Shown: in pieces, positions 12,800-26,000 of the stretch
How positions within the stretch are numbered: the stretch's first letter is position 1
Layout of the letters: each line of letters begins with the position of its first letter
NCBI GenBank assembly: GCA_030390025.1
Contig: CM059439.1
Span: 45,446,001-45,510,000 of the forward strand
Direction of reading: 5' to 3'
DNA length: 64,000 bases
Source: Squalus acanthias
Taxonomy: Eukaryota
Program-made: the position numbers and the translations under genes
Notes under the pieces: model-generated
Seen by the model: the letters and a program-made list of their open reading frames with translations, nothing else
What the model was told of the DNA's origin: nothing
Databases searched by the model: none

Positions 12800-13440
12800 G
12801 ATACTTAAAAGAAAGTATATGCTCATAATGTTGTGAGGGTGTAGCAAGGATCTACACCCATTGGCAGAGGAAACCAGAAATTTGACACGCACTGCCCATA
12901 GTTTTCCAACCATTAAAATGAACATGCCCAAAATGTTCAATTTGCGCCGTCAGCAAGCGAGATTCTCATCCACAGTGCCAAACTGGCCTATTACCCCTCA
13001 TGGAACAATAATTCCAATGCCTACAGCAGTAAAATATAGAAGTAAGACAGTAGAAGCATTGCTTTAATATATATATGCTCTTTTAGCATCAGTTGTGTAA
13101 TGAAATTCTGCAACTTTGTTCTATTTATAGATTTATAATGTACTGGGTGCTAAGTTTTGAGAGGACCAAGGACTTGAAAGATTTTCCACAGGGTACTACC
13201 TCTGGATGGAAGGAGGGAAATAACTTGAGAGATCTCTGAATGGCAGTATCCCGGAGCAGAGTGGAGAAGGGTTGTTAGTTGCACGCCACTGTGGTGAAAA
13301 ATTGACCAACAAGCCAGTCTGTGTTGCCAAATCTGCCCCACCCAACTGCAAAATATTACATTAAGTGACCATATCAGTATGTTACCAGATTGTACACTGA
13401 CTTTGCCTGATTGAGCAGCTTCAGGAGGCTCTGGAAAAGT

Positions 13441-13901
13441 GTCAGCTGTGGCTCAGTGGGTAGCACTCTCACCTCCGAGTCAGAAGTTTGTGGGTTCAAG
13501 TCCCACTCCAGAGACATGACATGAAATCTAGGCTGACACTCCAGTGCAGTACCGAGGGAGTGCTGCACTTTCAGAGGTGCCGTCTTTTAGATGAGATGTT
13601 AAACTGAGGCCCCATCAGCTCTCTTAAGTAGACGTAAAAAATCCCATGGCACTATTTCGAAGAAGAGCAGGGGAGTTATCCCCGGTGTCCTGGCCAATAT
13701 TTATCCTTCAATCAACATAACAAAAGCAGATTATCTAGTTATTATCACTTTGCTGTTTGTAGGAACTGTGTGCAATTGGCTGCCGCGTTTCCTACATTAA
13801 AACAGTGACTACACTTCAAAAGTACTTCATTGGCTGTAAAGTGCTTTGGGACATCCTGAGGCCATGAAAGGCGCTATATAAATGTGAGCCTTTCTTTCTT
13901 T
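13441..13901 (+). mobile_element. Full-length Deu-domain tRNA-SINE (SacSINE1-like)
   Basis: A box tggctcagtgggtagc, B box gggttcaagtccc, Deu-like core, tail gcgctatataaatg...(tttc)n; at least 8 related copies in the window. Confidence 0.92.
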
Positions 13902-14035
13902 AGTGACTGCAGTATTGAATGGTTAATGTATTGTTGCAGGTACTCTGTTCTGTACAATGTATTCCCCAGATGCCTGGTAGAGCAGTCAGTCTCCCCATCA
14001 CTCAGCAACACAATGTGAACTCGGTTTTCCATGTA

Positions 14036-14454
14036 CAGGAAACTTTCGTTTATCCGGCACCCAAATATCCGGAATTCTCGCTTAACCGGCAAAAATCATC
14101 CTCCGAAAACTCCTCTCAAATAACCGGCAATGTTGCCGAGTCGCAGTCGAGTCTCCGCGAACGCCGAGTGCTCCGAAAACTCCTCTCAAATAACCGGCAA
14201 TGTTGCCGATCCCGAGTCCGAGTCCGTGAACGCCGATTTAGTCAGTAGGGGTACTTTTCAAAAGTGCCACTACTCGGCCACCTGGCGCTGTCGGAAGTCC
14301 GAAACACTGCAGTCGCAGGATTTGATTCTCCCGCGCTGCCTGGAGTCTCTTTGTTAAAAATAGCCTCGGTAGATATAACTCTCCGTTATCCGGTACTTTC
14401 GATAAACCGGCACCACGCCGGTCCCATCGATGCCGGATAAACGAAAGTTTCCTG
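14036..14454. mobile_element. Tc1/mariner (pogo/Tigger-like) MITE
   Basis: Perfect 24-bp TIRs caggaaactttcgtttatccggca (14036-14059, 14431-14454); TA on both flanks; internal 39-bp direct repeat (14101-14139, 14171-14209). Confidence 0.92.
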
Positions 14455-16129
14455 TAGTATGTTTCAGGATGCTGGTTTTGCCTTGGCCAAGGATTCAGTG
14501 TCTTCCTGTCCCTTACTGGTGTGCTCCTCTAAAATGATTATAGCCCCAGGGATTATCACAAGAGAAACTGATGAAGCTGATTCATTTGTGGAAAGACATA
14601 GAAGAGACTACTTCATTAGTAACTTCGAAGTACACATGCACAGAAATGTAGAAGTTTTGCCGCAAATGCCACACAGACATAGAATATGGAGCTCAGCTAA
14701 GGTATACAAACTCAGTACTTTAATCATGTAACTTCATGAACTTACAATCTGATAGCAATAAGTTAATTAAGGCAAATTTTATAAACAATGGTTTCAAACT
14801 GCTTCTACTATATGGGAAGACTGTTTAACAAGTAAATATTCCACACTTACCAGGCTGTTCAGACTCTGAGATCAGGCCTTCTCCTCTGTGGAGTAGATGG
14901 AAATACTTGGCGTTCCTGGATTCAGGTAAAACTAGCACTTTCTGTAGTTTCAGTGCTTTAATTTGTTGTTGCTGTGCTTTGTCCCTTTATCCTGGCAATT
15001 CACTTTCTTCGCTACACCCATTTGATGTTGTTAATCTATTTATAACAGTCTTGCAGCATTTGTGAAATTTTAGAAATTTTGTTCAAGATGCCATAAAACA
15101 TGCAGATGTTCAACTTTCTGTGGTTGGTGGCATCAACTTTATGCTAAAAGGCACCTTTGCTGCGTAACCATCTAAAGCACTATGATGCCTGCATGCTGGG
15201 TATTGCCTCTTCAGTTTCAAAAACTAGCTTCTCAACAGCAATTTGGGAAAATCACATGGAACAGCCTGGGGAAGATGGAACATATCTGTGGCTGGACTGC
15301 AGAAGATTTTGAAATATAGTAATAATTAGGCCGGAAAATAGGAGCACAGTGTCTCTTTCATTTAATATGACCCTGACTGATCAACAGATGAGATGGATAT
15401 CCAACAAGCTAACCTCTAATGAACTGCCCTATTTCTCATTTCTCTTCCAAGCTGTGCTCCATTTGGCAAGGTTCAGTACAACACAAGCCATTCTCTGGCA
15501 GGCGACTTTGTGTATACGCATCTAGTATCTTGAAAGCATCAACTCCTTGCCAAGTGCCACTATAATCCTAAAAACCCATCTTCACAGCCAACTCCTCAGT
15601 CACGGAAATACAGCATTTGCACTGTGTAACTTGAACCTGATCCAATTTTTCATTCGAGGTAAAAAGCTGCTCCTTGCCCTCCTCTGTCTTCCTTTTCTGT
15701 TTTGCTGCCACATAACCACCTTGTTCTACTCTGGGGCAGGTGCCAGACAGGCCAGCAGAAGCTCCTAGCTGCACCCATCCAAGATCTGAACACAGCGTCC
15801 AAGTTCAGGTTGCCTGCTGCACAGACGGGGGATCCCCACTATGCCATCGCCAATTTACTGTGAAGTTGGACACTACCTCTGGCATTTACACTAAGCTAAA
15901 ATCCTAATCGGCTCTAGTATCAATGTGATTTAATTCACTCACATTTCATTAGTTTCCTCAGACACAAAAATAGACGTTGGCTAAGGTACAGCAGCTTGTC
16001 AATTTATTTTCCTGTTAATATTTACCAGTTGCTAATGATGTGCCAACAAACAAAAGAGCTGAAGTCAGAGTATGTATTTCTACACCGTAGCACTGAAATA
16101 AAACAGGCTTGAAGTTTGAAGCAAACTAC

Positions 16130-16740
16130 GCTTGCGCGAAACCCTTTACACTCCAGCACATGCTGTCCTGACGTGACTTCACATCAGCCATTTTATGTAA
16201 TAGCAGACGCCATTTTAAGTATTCATGAAGACTGATTCCAAGTACAAGATTATACGCTTTTCTTCACTGTGTTTGTACTTGAAGCTTATGGATTTCAAAG
16301 CCAACTTTCTCGCAACACGCTGCTTTTTAAATAAAATGTAAAATAGTTTTTTTTTGATGATTTACACAGACAAAGGCCTTTATGTGGCAGCCATTTTACA
16401 ACTGTTTTGCTTCCCTTACTATTGTGCTCTGTACATAAGCCTGCCAAATACAGCAAGTGAATTGTGTATTTACTGCTTGAATTGCTGGATGACATTATTG
16501 CTGTCTGTGCCAAGGAGCAGCTGCCAAATCCAGCCACATTCTGTTTTAAAAACTGAAGACGAAATCCTGAGAACGCAGTTACAGTTTTGAACCTGCGCTC
16601 GGCTTTGCCCTTGGCAGCCATTTTAGAGCTTGGCAACCATTTTGAGAATTTCTCTGGCACAGCCACAGTTCACGCCGTCACACCTTAAGTGAGCAGCGGG
16701 TAAGAAACCAGTTAGGTCCAAATTAAACAAGTGCAGGTAA
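16130..16740. promoter_or_regulatory. Candidate regulatory element with five co-oriented YY1-type motifs
   Basis: (G/A)CCATTTT in motifs starting at 16187, 16208, 16386, 16613, 16632; GCGCGAAA at 16134; TGACGTGA at 16169; non-repetitive context. Confidence 0.45.
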
Positions 16741-19465
16741 TACAGGTATAAATTGTTTTTCCTGGCTGTGCACAAAAATATGTTTACTTGATCATGAAAA
16801 CCTAGGTACACTCTATGCTACTCAGATCATAGGATACAACCACAGTTAAAAGAATATTTACTTCAAACTAAAAAAGTCCATCAATATTTCTTCCGTAATG
16901 TACTCTGCCAAACAAAATCTGCACATAACAAATTCAACAACTAAAAGAAAGTTCTAAATGCAGTTGCCAAATAAAATAGTCTAACATTTTTCTTTTCAAC
17001 ACCTTGTTACTTTTTAGTAAAACAACTTAACCCGTGAAATACTGAACTAAGGAGACAGTAAACAGACTAAAGCACAGGTTAATAGCACTTCTATTAAGAA
17101 ATCTTGGGTTCCATTCTCAGTAAAGACCACAACTGCACCAAGAACGTATCAAACATGGAAACACAAATTCTGTATTTTGCACAGCAGCGTTTATAAATTA
17201 GATAAGATGTCAAATGCATTTCTTATGGTTAACCAGCACATTTCAAAAAATGCAATGCCCATATTGTTTAGACACTAGTTCTAGCCTTTTAAACAATGTG
17301 AAAGCAGCAAGCAAGAACAGAGCAATCTCTTATTCAAACAGCTGTCATCAAAAAGGCATTTTGTGACCATACAGCCATTCAGGTCTGTACTGGCCACATC
17401 ACAAGATTACACCAGCATGCTGTGCTGTGGAGCAGCGCAGGTAAACAGTGAGCCCCTGAAACGCAAAGGAGAATTCCTTCAGAAAATCAATATGTATATT
17501 TTTAGAACTGTCCTCCTCCTCCCCGCTCCCAGTACAGTATTAACACACAACGTAGAACAACTGGAAGACTGTACAAATATAATGCAGCACTAAGCCCGCT
17601 GCAAAAGAATAATTATTTTCAAAGCAGTATAACCAGACCATTCTTTGAGTTAATAACTTGTGTTACGTGGTCCAATTCCATCATTCTGAAAAGGTCATAT
17701 CGCACTAGAAACACACACACACAAATATTTCAGTTCTACTGAAACACATTTTAGATGTCAAATGTTAAAAACAGACACAACAGGCAAAATAACGAAAGTT
17801 GCAAACTTGGAAGTTCTTTTTGCCATCTGCTGAGGGTGCCTCGCAACAATTAAGTGTAATGGCAGTAATTTCCAATTGCTAAGTTTAATAAGTGTACTAA
17901 AACAGAACTGATAAGCAACTTAGAACACAAGATTCTTGAAGAATTTATAAAGTTAACTCAATACAAATTATCATATAAATGTGAACAAAACACTATTGTT
18001 AAATGAACAGAATTTCAAAACAAATGCAATTTTCTTTTTTTTAAATATGATTATTACTTTACTGTAAGCCCGTCAAAGGACACACATTTTTGGTTTGTTC
18101 GCAGCCCAGTGTTTACTCAGACTCACATTCTATGTTGCATTCTACAGCCTATTGTTGCTTGGCTGCATCTCGTACACTTTCCAAAATATTACAAATTAAA
18201 ATTAATGGATTGCTGTTCTTTCTAAAATTAGGAATCAATGCATCACAGCAAAAAAGGAAGGGAAACAGCATTGTTAAGGGAACAGTTCTATCAGTGAATA
18301 AAATTTTGTGGCAAAAAGGTTAATCACTTAAGGAATCAACTGTACCTACAATCTGTATCACATGTTAGAATATTCAGTCAGGAAACTGATAAATTACTGT
18401 ATCGATTCAGTTCTGCTTCACTTAACATAATTATAGCACAGTAATGGATAGCATGAGTGATGTGTTTTGCTTTAGATAAGTGCCGGTAGTTAGTGTGGTA
18501 TTCTGGGATATTAGAATTAAAAATTCTATTCCGATCAAGTGTCAAACTTAATTGTATTTAACCCCTTTACTGACCCATTGTGAGTTTTGTAGCACTTTCA
18601 CTGCAGCCCCATCAAACATTCCATTCAGTCTCGATTGCAACATATCGACTCTGATGTGATCCCTCCCATTACACTCAATTGCTGCCCAGAATCATCCGGA
18701 CACCGGCTGGCATTGAAATCACCAGCCTGTCACGTGAGGTCCACTTTCTTTCTCCCAGAGGAAGGTAGCAGAAGATTCACATCAACCATTGATGCCAACC
18801 TAATACAAATCCTCCTGCTGCACAGCTTTGTACAAATCCCTTAGTGAGAGGTGGGGGGCTCTAACCGCTATGGCGGTCAGAGTAAACAACTGCTGCACCA
18901 TTTAGCATGCACTTGAAAAACCAGCTGCAAAATTGCACAATGAAGACTAATGTACAGCTGTGGTGTGAATGGGGCTTAAGCTGTGGCTATGGGCAAGCTG
19001 CTGCTCAGCTGATCATTTTGTTTGAAGAGAAGTGGTTGGATGTCATCGTTTGCCATGGATTTCTTCAACAAAATGCAGACCCTGGCTACATTTTGCAAAC
19101 CTCAGCAAAAGAAAGCAACTTAAAAAAACAATATATGTGCTGAATATTTCAGGCAAATCTTTTGACACCTCAACCGCTATATCAAGGTATGCAGGGAGAC
19201 ATTAATAATCCAGAGATTAAATCAATATATAAAAAGTCCGAAACAGGCAATGAAAAAATGGTAAAATGTATACTTCTAATACATTTTGGGAGAGAGATAT
19301 TTAAAAGGGAAGATATCTTGCATTCTAAGATGTATAATCAAGCAATCTCTTAACACACTGAACCAGTTCCTTTGTTCTAATGTCCTACTGAGTCATCTTT
19401 CACCATTATAACATAGGGCACAGCAAATGCTCTGCATTTGGCTCTACATTTGAACCATACTTCTA

Positions 19466-20042
19466 GGGCTGGAGTTTCCTCTGCTCTACCAGTTATTTAG
19501 CAGCAAAAGCTGAAAGAAAATTGAGTGGCAAAGCCTGCTACAGCATCCCTCCCCTTAACACTACCGACTTGGATTTCCCTTTCTCCCCGCTATAGGGAAG
19601 TAGCTGGGTCCAGACTATCCCACCACATGTAAATGATGGTGAGGACATGTATCCTGGATACCCGCTTGCTTTCTCTCTTCACTGGTCTGCCTCCATTGAC
19701 CTCAAGGACCACCAGGAAAAGAGTGGCGGTGGGCCCTGGGGCAGAGGCGGAAATACCGCTCGGCAGAATGTTGGCCCAGTAGTTGGCCTTCCTCTTCTTC
19801 CAGCTAATCAGCTCACGGAGAGCTCGTCTGCCCCGTTAAGATCCTTCCTCCTCTTCTGTTGCTGCAACTGACTTTTCCCACTCTAACAGCGGCAGGCTCC
19901 CTCTTAGTAGCGGGGATCCTGCTGGGAGCCTGCACTGCACACAAAATGGGCCCGACCCAGGAAAAAGGGGCAGGGTCACTGTGGGGTTAGAGTGATGGGC
20001 AGAAATCACATTCTCTCCTCTCCTCTGGTGGCAAACCCACCC
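19466..20042. mobile_element. Degenerate GC-rich MITE-like element
   Basis: Weak inverted ends gggctggagtttcc / ggcaaacccaccc with cta on both flanks; GC-rich interior. Confidence 0.35.
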
Positions 20043-21539
20043 CTAGTGCCATCTGTTTTACTGCTTGGAAGTAAAAGAATAAAAAGCAAACACAGAAGTT
20101 CTGGTAGTTTTCTCTTACAGGAAAAGTAACGGACAGACTGAGTCAATTAGTATCAATAGAATACTGTCACTCTTTTTCATTGAACCAATGACAAGCAGAT
20201 TATTTTCTTCTCTAACAGGTGCGATTATGTGGCATCCAAACACATTACAAAAATGTCAGTCGAAAAGAAAGAATGTACAGTTAATTTGGAACAACTGCAC
20301 AAGAGTATGCTGCTGCTTTGTAGTGGAAATGCTTTTTATACAGGATAAATAACCTATTTACAACTATTCAATTAGCAAGAAGTAACAGGGTGGATAAAGC
20401 AAAATAGGTTTTTTTTTTAATTTCCCTGGATTTGGAAAAAGTGCAAATTTTGGAGCCAATTCTTTAAATGGAATCTAGCACATTAAGTCTTGCACGTGAC
20501 CATCACTCATGAAAGTTCCACACTCAAAAGTGTCCACTTTGTCACACATCTGTAGTATGTGTCACAATGACACTTGATTAGCTCAAGTGTGATATTCCTA
20601 AAACAGCAGCAAATCATAACTGGACAATCTTTTTAAAAAAAGTATAGACATTATCAAAAAAAAGAAAGTCAATCATTCTTTGCTGGTTTCTCCTGACCTT
20701 CATAGCCTGTCCTCTCCCCAAGGGAAGGAGCTGGAAATTTACACAAACATCTCAGCAATAGCAATTGGCCTCTAATTGATCCCAGGACACGCCTATGTAA
20801 ATCTCTTCCCCACAAGGTTGCTGAGCAATGGCCTTAAACGGACAGGCCAGATTAAACAAAGCTCCACCTCAGTCAATAAACAGCACAATCGGTGCTCCAG
20901 ACCTCAGACTATCTCGAAGCAACACTACAGAAGATCAGCTACGTTATTGTAACGGAACAGCTGGATGCAAATTTTTACTTGTGCAATCAGCAATTTAGAA
21001 CACCACCCCTGAGTGTGTTTTATGTTACTGAAGACAAAAATCAACTACAATTCAGGTGTGACAAATGGTATAGGTTCCCCAACTAAATATCAGCTCCCCC
21101 GCCCCACATGCCTAAGCACATCATTCCCACCAAACTGGTCAGAACGGTACAAAATGAAACTTATTTATTTTTTGCTTTCCTGTGTTATCCTAATCAAGCT
21201 TGAAAGCTTGTCGGCAATTGGTGCCTGACCAAGGGTGACTTATCAAGACAACAGGAGACAAAGTAGAAACACCACAGATCAATAGGGTGCAATCTTGGAT
21301 GTTTCAGTGCTACTTAGCTCAGCAGTGCTGTCATTTTGTAATTGTAGATAATCTTTTATTTTACATTTCTGAGGCTGAGCATTGACCACATATAGACAAT
21401 AAGAAGAATGACAAAAGCGTTACCATGGTCTCTTTCACTTTGGGTACATATGACTTCTAACACGATCTGTGCTATGCTGTCCATAGTGACTGAAAGCTTT
21501 CTACATAGGAGTTATTATTATTCACTTGAACATTTGATT

Positions 21540-22290
21540 TTTATTATTTGTTCTCAGAATGTGGTCAATGCTGAGAAGGCTGCATTTATTGACATGTGGT
21601 GGTGGGCCTTCTCCTTAAACCTTTGCAATTTGTGTACCCAGGGTGTTCCCACAATGGTGCTGGATATTGGGCCAGTGACAATGAAGGAAATGTGACATAT
21701 CTCCATATCAGGTCAATGTGCGACTTGGAGATGATGATGTTCCCATGACATTGCCGATCTTATCCTTCTCAGTAATCACAGGGGAAGGAGGTGCTGCCAA
21801 AGTTGTTGCAGTGCATCCTGTAGATCATACATACTGCAATCACAGTTGCTTAGTGGTGGAGGGAGTGAAATATTGAGTCCAGCGGTAGGGGCAGCAATCA
21901 TGCGAACTGCCTGTCCTGGATGGTGTCAAGCTTAGTTACGGCTGCATCGGTCCAGTCGCGTGGTGGCGAGTATTCCATCACATTCCTGACTTGAGATTTG
22001 TAGATGGTTGAGAAGCTTTGAGAGATCAGGAGCACCTGGTCTCTGCCCTGCTCTTGTAGCCAGCATTAATATAGCTGGTCCAGTGAAGCTTTTCATTAAT
22101 GGTGACCCACAAGATGTTGATGATCGGAGACTCGGCGATGGTGGTGCCATTGAAGGTTAAGGAGAAATGGTTGGGCTCTCTCTTGTTCAAGATGGCCAAA
22201 TACCTGGCACTTATTTGGTGTGAATGCTACCTGTTACTTGTTATTCCGAGCTTGAAAGTTAGGTTGGCATGGGCTGCTTCATTATCGGAG
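21540..22290 (-). mobile_element. Degenerate CR1/L2-group LINE (family B) 3' part
   Basis: Colinear with 32043-32720 (gttgttgcagtgcatcctgtagat, gagtattccatcaca, aatggtgacccacaagatgttga). Confidence 0.8.
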
Positions 22291-22769
22291 GAATTATGAG
22301 GTCATCTCTATTGGACAACAGAAGCCACTTGAGGTTGATGATGGTTATTTCCTTAGAGCCTACTGTAATGGTGGTTTTAATAATGATGCTACTTGCTTTA
22401 CTTTGTAGTTTTTGCAAGAAATGACTATTTGGACTACTTGTTTGCTTTCTTGAAGATACCACCGCCACAATCAAAGTGAGACAGCTACAGTCATAATGGG
22501 CATCATGTTTTCTTCTGGGGGCCCCCAAGAATGGACTGACAATAATAATCCATAATACTTCTCAAAACAAGCCGGAGAGAACTTTATGACAAGTTTGCCA
22601 TGCCATCAAAAACTGTAAATTTGAAACATAATTCGAATATTGCCTATGCTAGCCAAAATAATGATAAAGCACATTTTAAGATTATAAATAAATACCATTT
22701 CCCTCTCCCACTATGAATACATTAACCCATCATATTGATAAGTACCACATGCAACTCCATGCAAAGTTG

Positions 22770-23060
22770 AATTACACAGAACCAACAGCACAGAAACAGG
22801 CTATTCGGCTCAACTGCCAGTGTTTATCCTCCACACAAACCTCCTTCCACCTTACTTTATCTAACCCTATCAGCATGTCCTTCTATCCCTTTCTGTCTCA
22901 TGTACTTATCTAGCGATCCCTAAAATTCATCTGTGCTATTCGCCTCAACTACTCCCTGTGGTAGCAAATTCAACATTCTAACCACTCTCTGGGTAAAGAA
23001 GTTTCTCCTCAATTCCTTATTGGATTTATTAGTGACTATCTTATATTTCTAACTTCTAAT
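22770..23060 (-). mobile_element. CR1 LINE 3' end fragment
   Basis: acagcacagaaacaggctattcggc...ccactctctgggtaaagaagtttctcc (reverse of FFTQRVV); related piece at 51650-51760. Confidence 0.8.
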
Positions 23061-26000
23061 TATGAATGTATGATGGTTGAGTTTCGTTTTCCCTGGAGCA
23101 AGGAACAGTGGACCTTTATATACATGGCTTACCAAACTGGTCATTTTGAAACAGCAATGTAAATTACTGTTCTATATACAGAAAATGACATATATTCCTT
23201 GCAAGAAACCAGTAGAATAATTGACCAATACTCAATTCCAACTGACTAGACGTAGCCTGAACAGTTAATCATGACAAGTCTACCTTTACGCAGATATCCG
23301 AAATGTTCTTAAGTTTCTGAAGGTCTGAATGACGTGTTTAAAACTAAAGTAAACTTCACCGAGTCTCTGGATGTATCAGCTCTTTTCTCCTGGCAGGGGT
23401 GAGTGTCCTCTCAACTTGTTGACCAACAGCCCCAACTCTGTTTTCAAAAGAAAATTAAAACTGGCTAGAGCTTTAATTTCATATATGGCAGACAGAAGAT
23501 TCCCTGACATTGCCTGAATCAATCATTTTACATAATTCGCAATGCAGATAGCTTGAAACTGCAAATGGTTACTAGTCTGTCCTTAAAAATTCCACTTCAT
23601 AAGCAGTGACTCATATAACTTAAAGACTCATGCCTGGTGACACAGTAAACAATGCTACTGTATGTTGCTCTGAGGCTGAACCATTTCTTTTACAACCTTT
23701 GCAACCCGTTACTGTTCTGAAAGAAGCAATGCAATAACTCCATGTTCAGGTATTTTTTTCCAAAACAGAAATATTTGTTTCAGCTAAGTAACCGTGTTGA
23801 GATCGATTAGTACTTGTTAATGTTGATTCTCTTCCCTACTCAAGTTACATAAGCTGTCACTGGGAATCAAATCAAGCCTAGGCCAGCTGCAGTAGAAATC
23901 AAACCCCTCTGACACACGATAAAAGCCCGTGCTGAGCCACAAGGTTTCCATTAAAACCAGTCTGCAGCAAGATGAACAACTCAAAACCAGCTATTGATCA
24001 GCCCATCGATCTTCAGTGGGGGAACCAAGATGGGAAAAGTACCAATCGAGATAGGATTTCTTATTTTTTTTCATCTCTGGCTTAGTGGTTGCCAAGCTCT
24101 GGGTCCTTCCAGGCTTAAGCCATCAGACATTTGTGACGGAACTAGCCAGGATGTCTGACTGAGATAATTCAAGCTGAAGGCAGACAATCTGCTGTGTGAG
24201 CTGATTAGCCATTGACTTGCAACTTGACCTGTCTGATCCGTGACAGGAGCTTCTTAAAAGGAAGGCAGCCTGATAGAACAAATTCTACAAACCAAGTTGG
24301 CCCACTGATAACAGAAAAGTGACTGCCAGTTTATACTCGGAAATAATCCTTCCCCCATTTCATTCTCAAATACCAGCAGTAGGAAAACACTGCAGCACAT
24401 CATTTCAAACAAAAGTTGTGTTTGCAATCCAGGATGTTTAACCAACTGAAGAGGACTGCAATCATCTTAGGGCCAAATTATTGTACAAAGCAGCAATTTT
24501 TCATTTATAAGAGAATACAACATTTTCTACACATTTCCTTGATTCCATTTCATCACACAAATGTAAAACAAAATTTCTGCAGATGATGTATTCCTAGATA
24601 TTAACTGTGCACACCTGCCAAAGAAACTGCATATTGAAGGGGCTTCTGTGTTTTGCACAACACAACTACACTTACATTTTCACTTTCTCCTTATTTTAGA
24701 CTTATGCACTCAATGGCAAATATGAATATAATTACCCCTTATTAAAATTGTACAGGATAATTTTTTCAACTTTGGACTATATAGACAGGATCCAGAAATA
24801 CATGATGGAAATATGAGCACATATTATACACAGTGTTCTGACCTTTATTTTAAATGGTGGAATGTGCGCAGAACTTGTCCATATTTACGATTAGCATTCC
24901 CAGCAGACAAGGCTCCCTGCCAGCAGCACAAAGTTGGAAAATGACCCCTGTAGTATAGATCCCAGGTCAGGGCCCAAACTGACTCCAGAGCAAGGCAGAA
25001 TCAGAATATCTGATGGGCATAATCCCACATCACTTGATTTTGACATTTCATGGATTGTAAATTCAGTGCTGTCTCACACCGGGTGTAAAAAGTGCCCAGC
25101 AGGTCCTTGGGAATAATTTTAAACCTACCAGCAAATAATTTAAATGCGGCTACCTGCACTGTGTAAACACTAAAGCACAGAAATTCTACACTGAATTTAG
25201 TGTGGAAATCATGCAAGTCGATTGGGGAGGGAAGGAATTTGGGCCAGTACTTGTTTCCACTTGACATCCCCCACTGCTCCCCATCTAGAAAAATTCCAAT
25301 TAGAGGGTGGGCAGGCACTTCTTCCACCTGTCACCCATCGATCAGAATGTCACAGTATGAGGTGGGGCTGATGGGAAGATGGTCTCTGCCGGGGATCTCA
25401 CCAATTTTCCCCTGTATTGCCAATGATGCAGACATACTGGCTGTGCAAGTGCTGTAAGTGCGGCCCACAATGCCATTCCCCAAAGGCAGAAGATTGACTG
25501 CTATTAGGAAAATGGCAATTCGACCAAAAAGCACAACCGGACTCAAAATTATTTCTTCACCCAGACCAGCCTGCCAACTCTACCCCACCTAACTTACCAA
25601 GCATCATAAATGGAGCAGATGCTCGCTCCTTTTATGCAAATGTCCCATGCATATCAGCACTCATGTGTGGAGCTCTCTTTTGGGCAGTAGATTTCGGCCA
25701 GGCAGTATAAATGTGTACCACTTGGCTGAAACCTGAGCTACTGGTCTGAGACCGGTGGCTGCAATTTAATGCTGAATAGGACAAATTCACTACACATACA
25801 CCACACTGTCAGCACCCTTCCCCGCCCCCCCACTCCCAACCCAATTGTGATATAACAAAATATTCCATCCTATGAGCAACAAATTAGTCTGGCATTTTCT
25901 TCTAAGACACAAACTTGCAATGGGTATGAAAGAAATGCTATTACTATTACCATAACAGTGTAACAGTATCATAGCAATCAATATATAATCATGACAACAT

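Noticed and set aside
13441-13512. tRNA gene (also at 4757, 41196, 54900, 39530)
   Set aside because: The A/B boxes are SINE heads that run straight into SINE body sequence; there is no acceptor stem or terminator.
16295-16666. 123-aa minus-strand ORF (MAAKGKAERRFK...)
   Set aside because: No recognisable domain; the ATGs come from the AAAATGGC motifs and there is no good donor after the start.
16130-16740. Identification as CHASERR or another named lncRNA
   Set aside because: Only a motif-level resemblance; no adjacent CpG-island promoter or CHD2 exons are visible.
19333-19395. mir-24-like words (ctgaac...cctactgag)
   Set aside because: Only short partial matches; no mature miR-24 sequence or hairpin.
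20050-20135. MALAT1/ENE-like triple helix on the minus strand (ttacttttcctg...tttgcttttt)
   Set aside because: No closing stem partner for cctg, no downstream AAAAAGCAAAA tract and no tRNA-like mascRNA.
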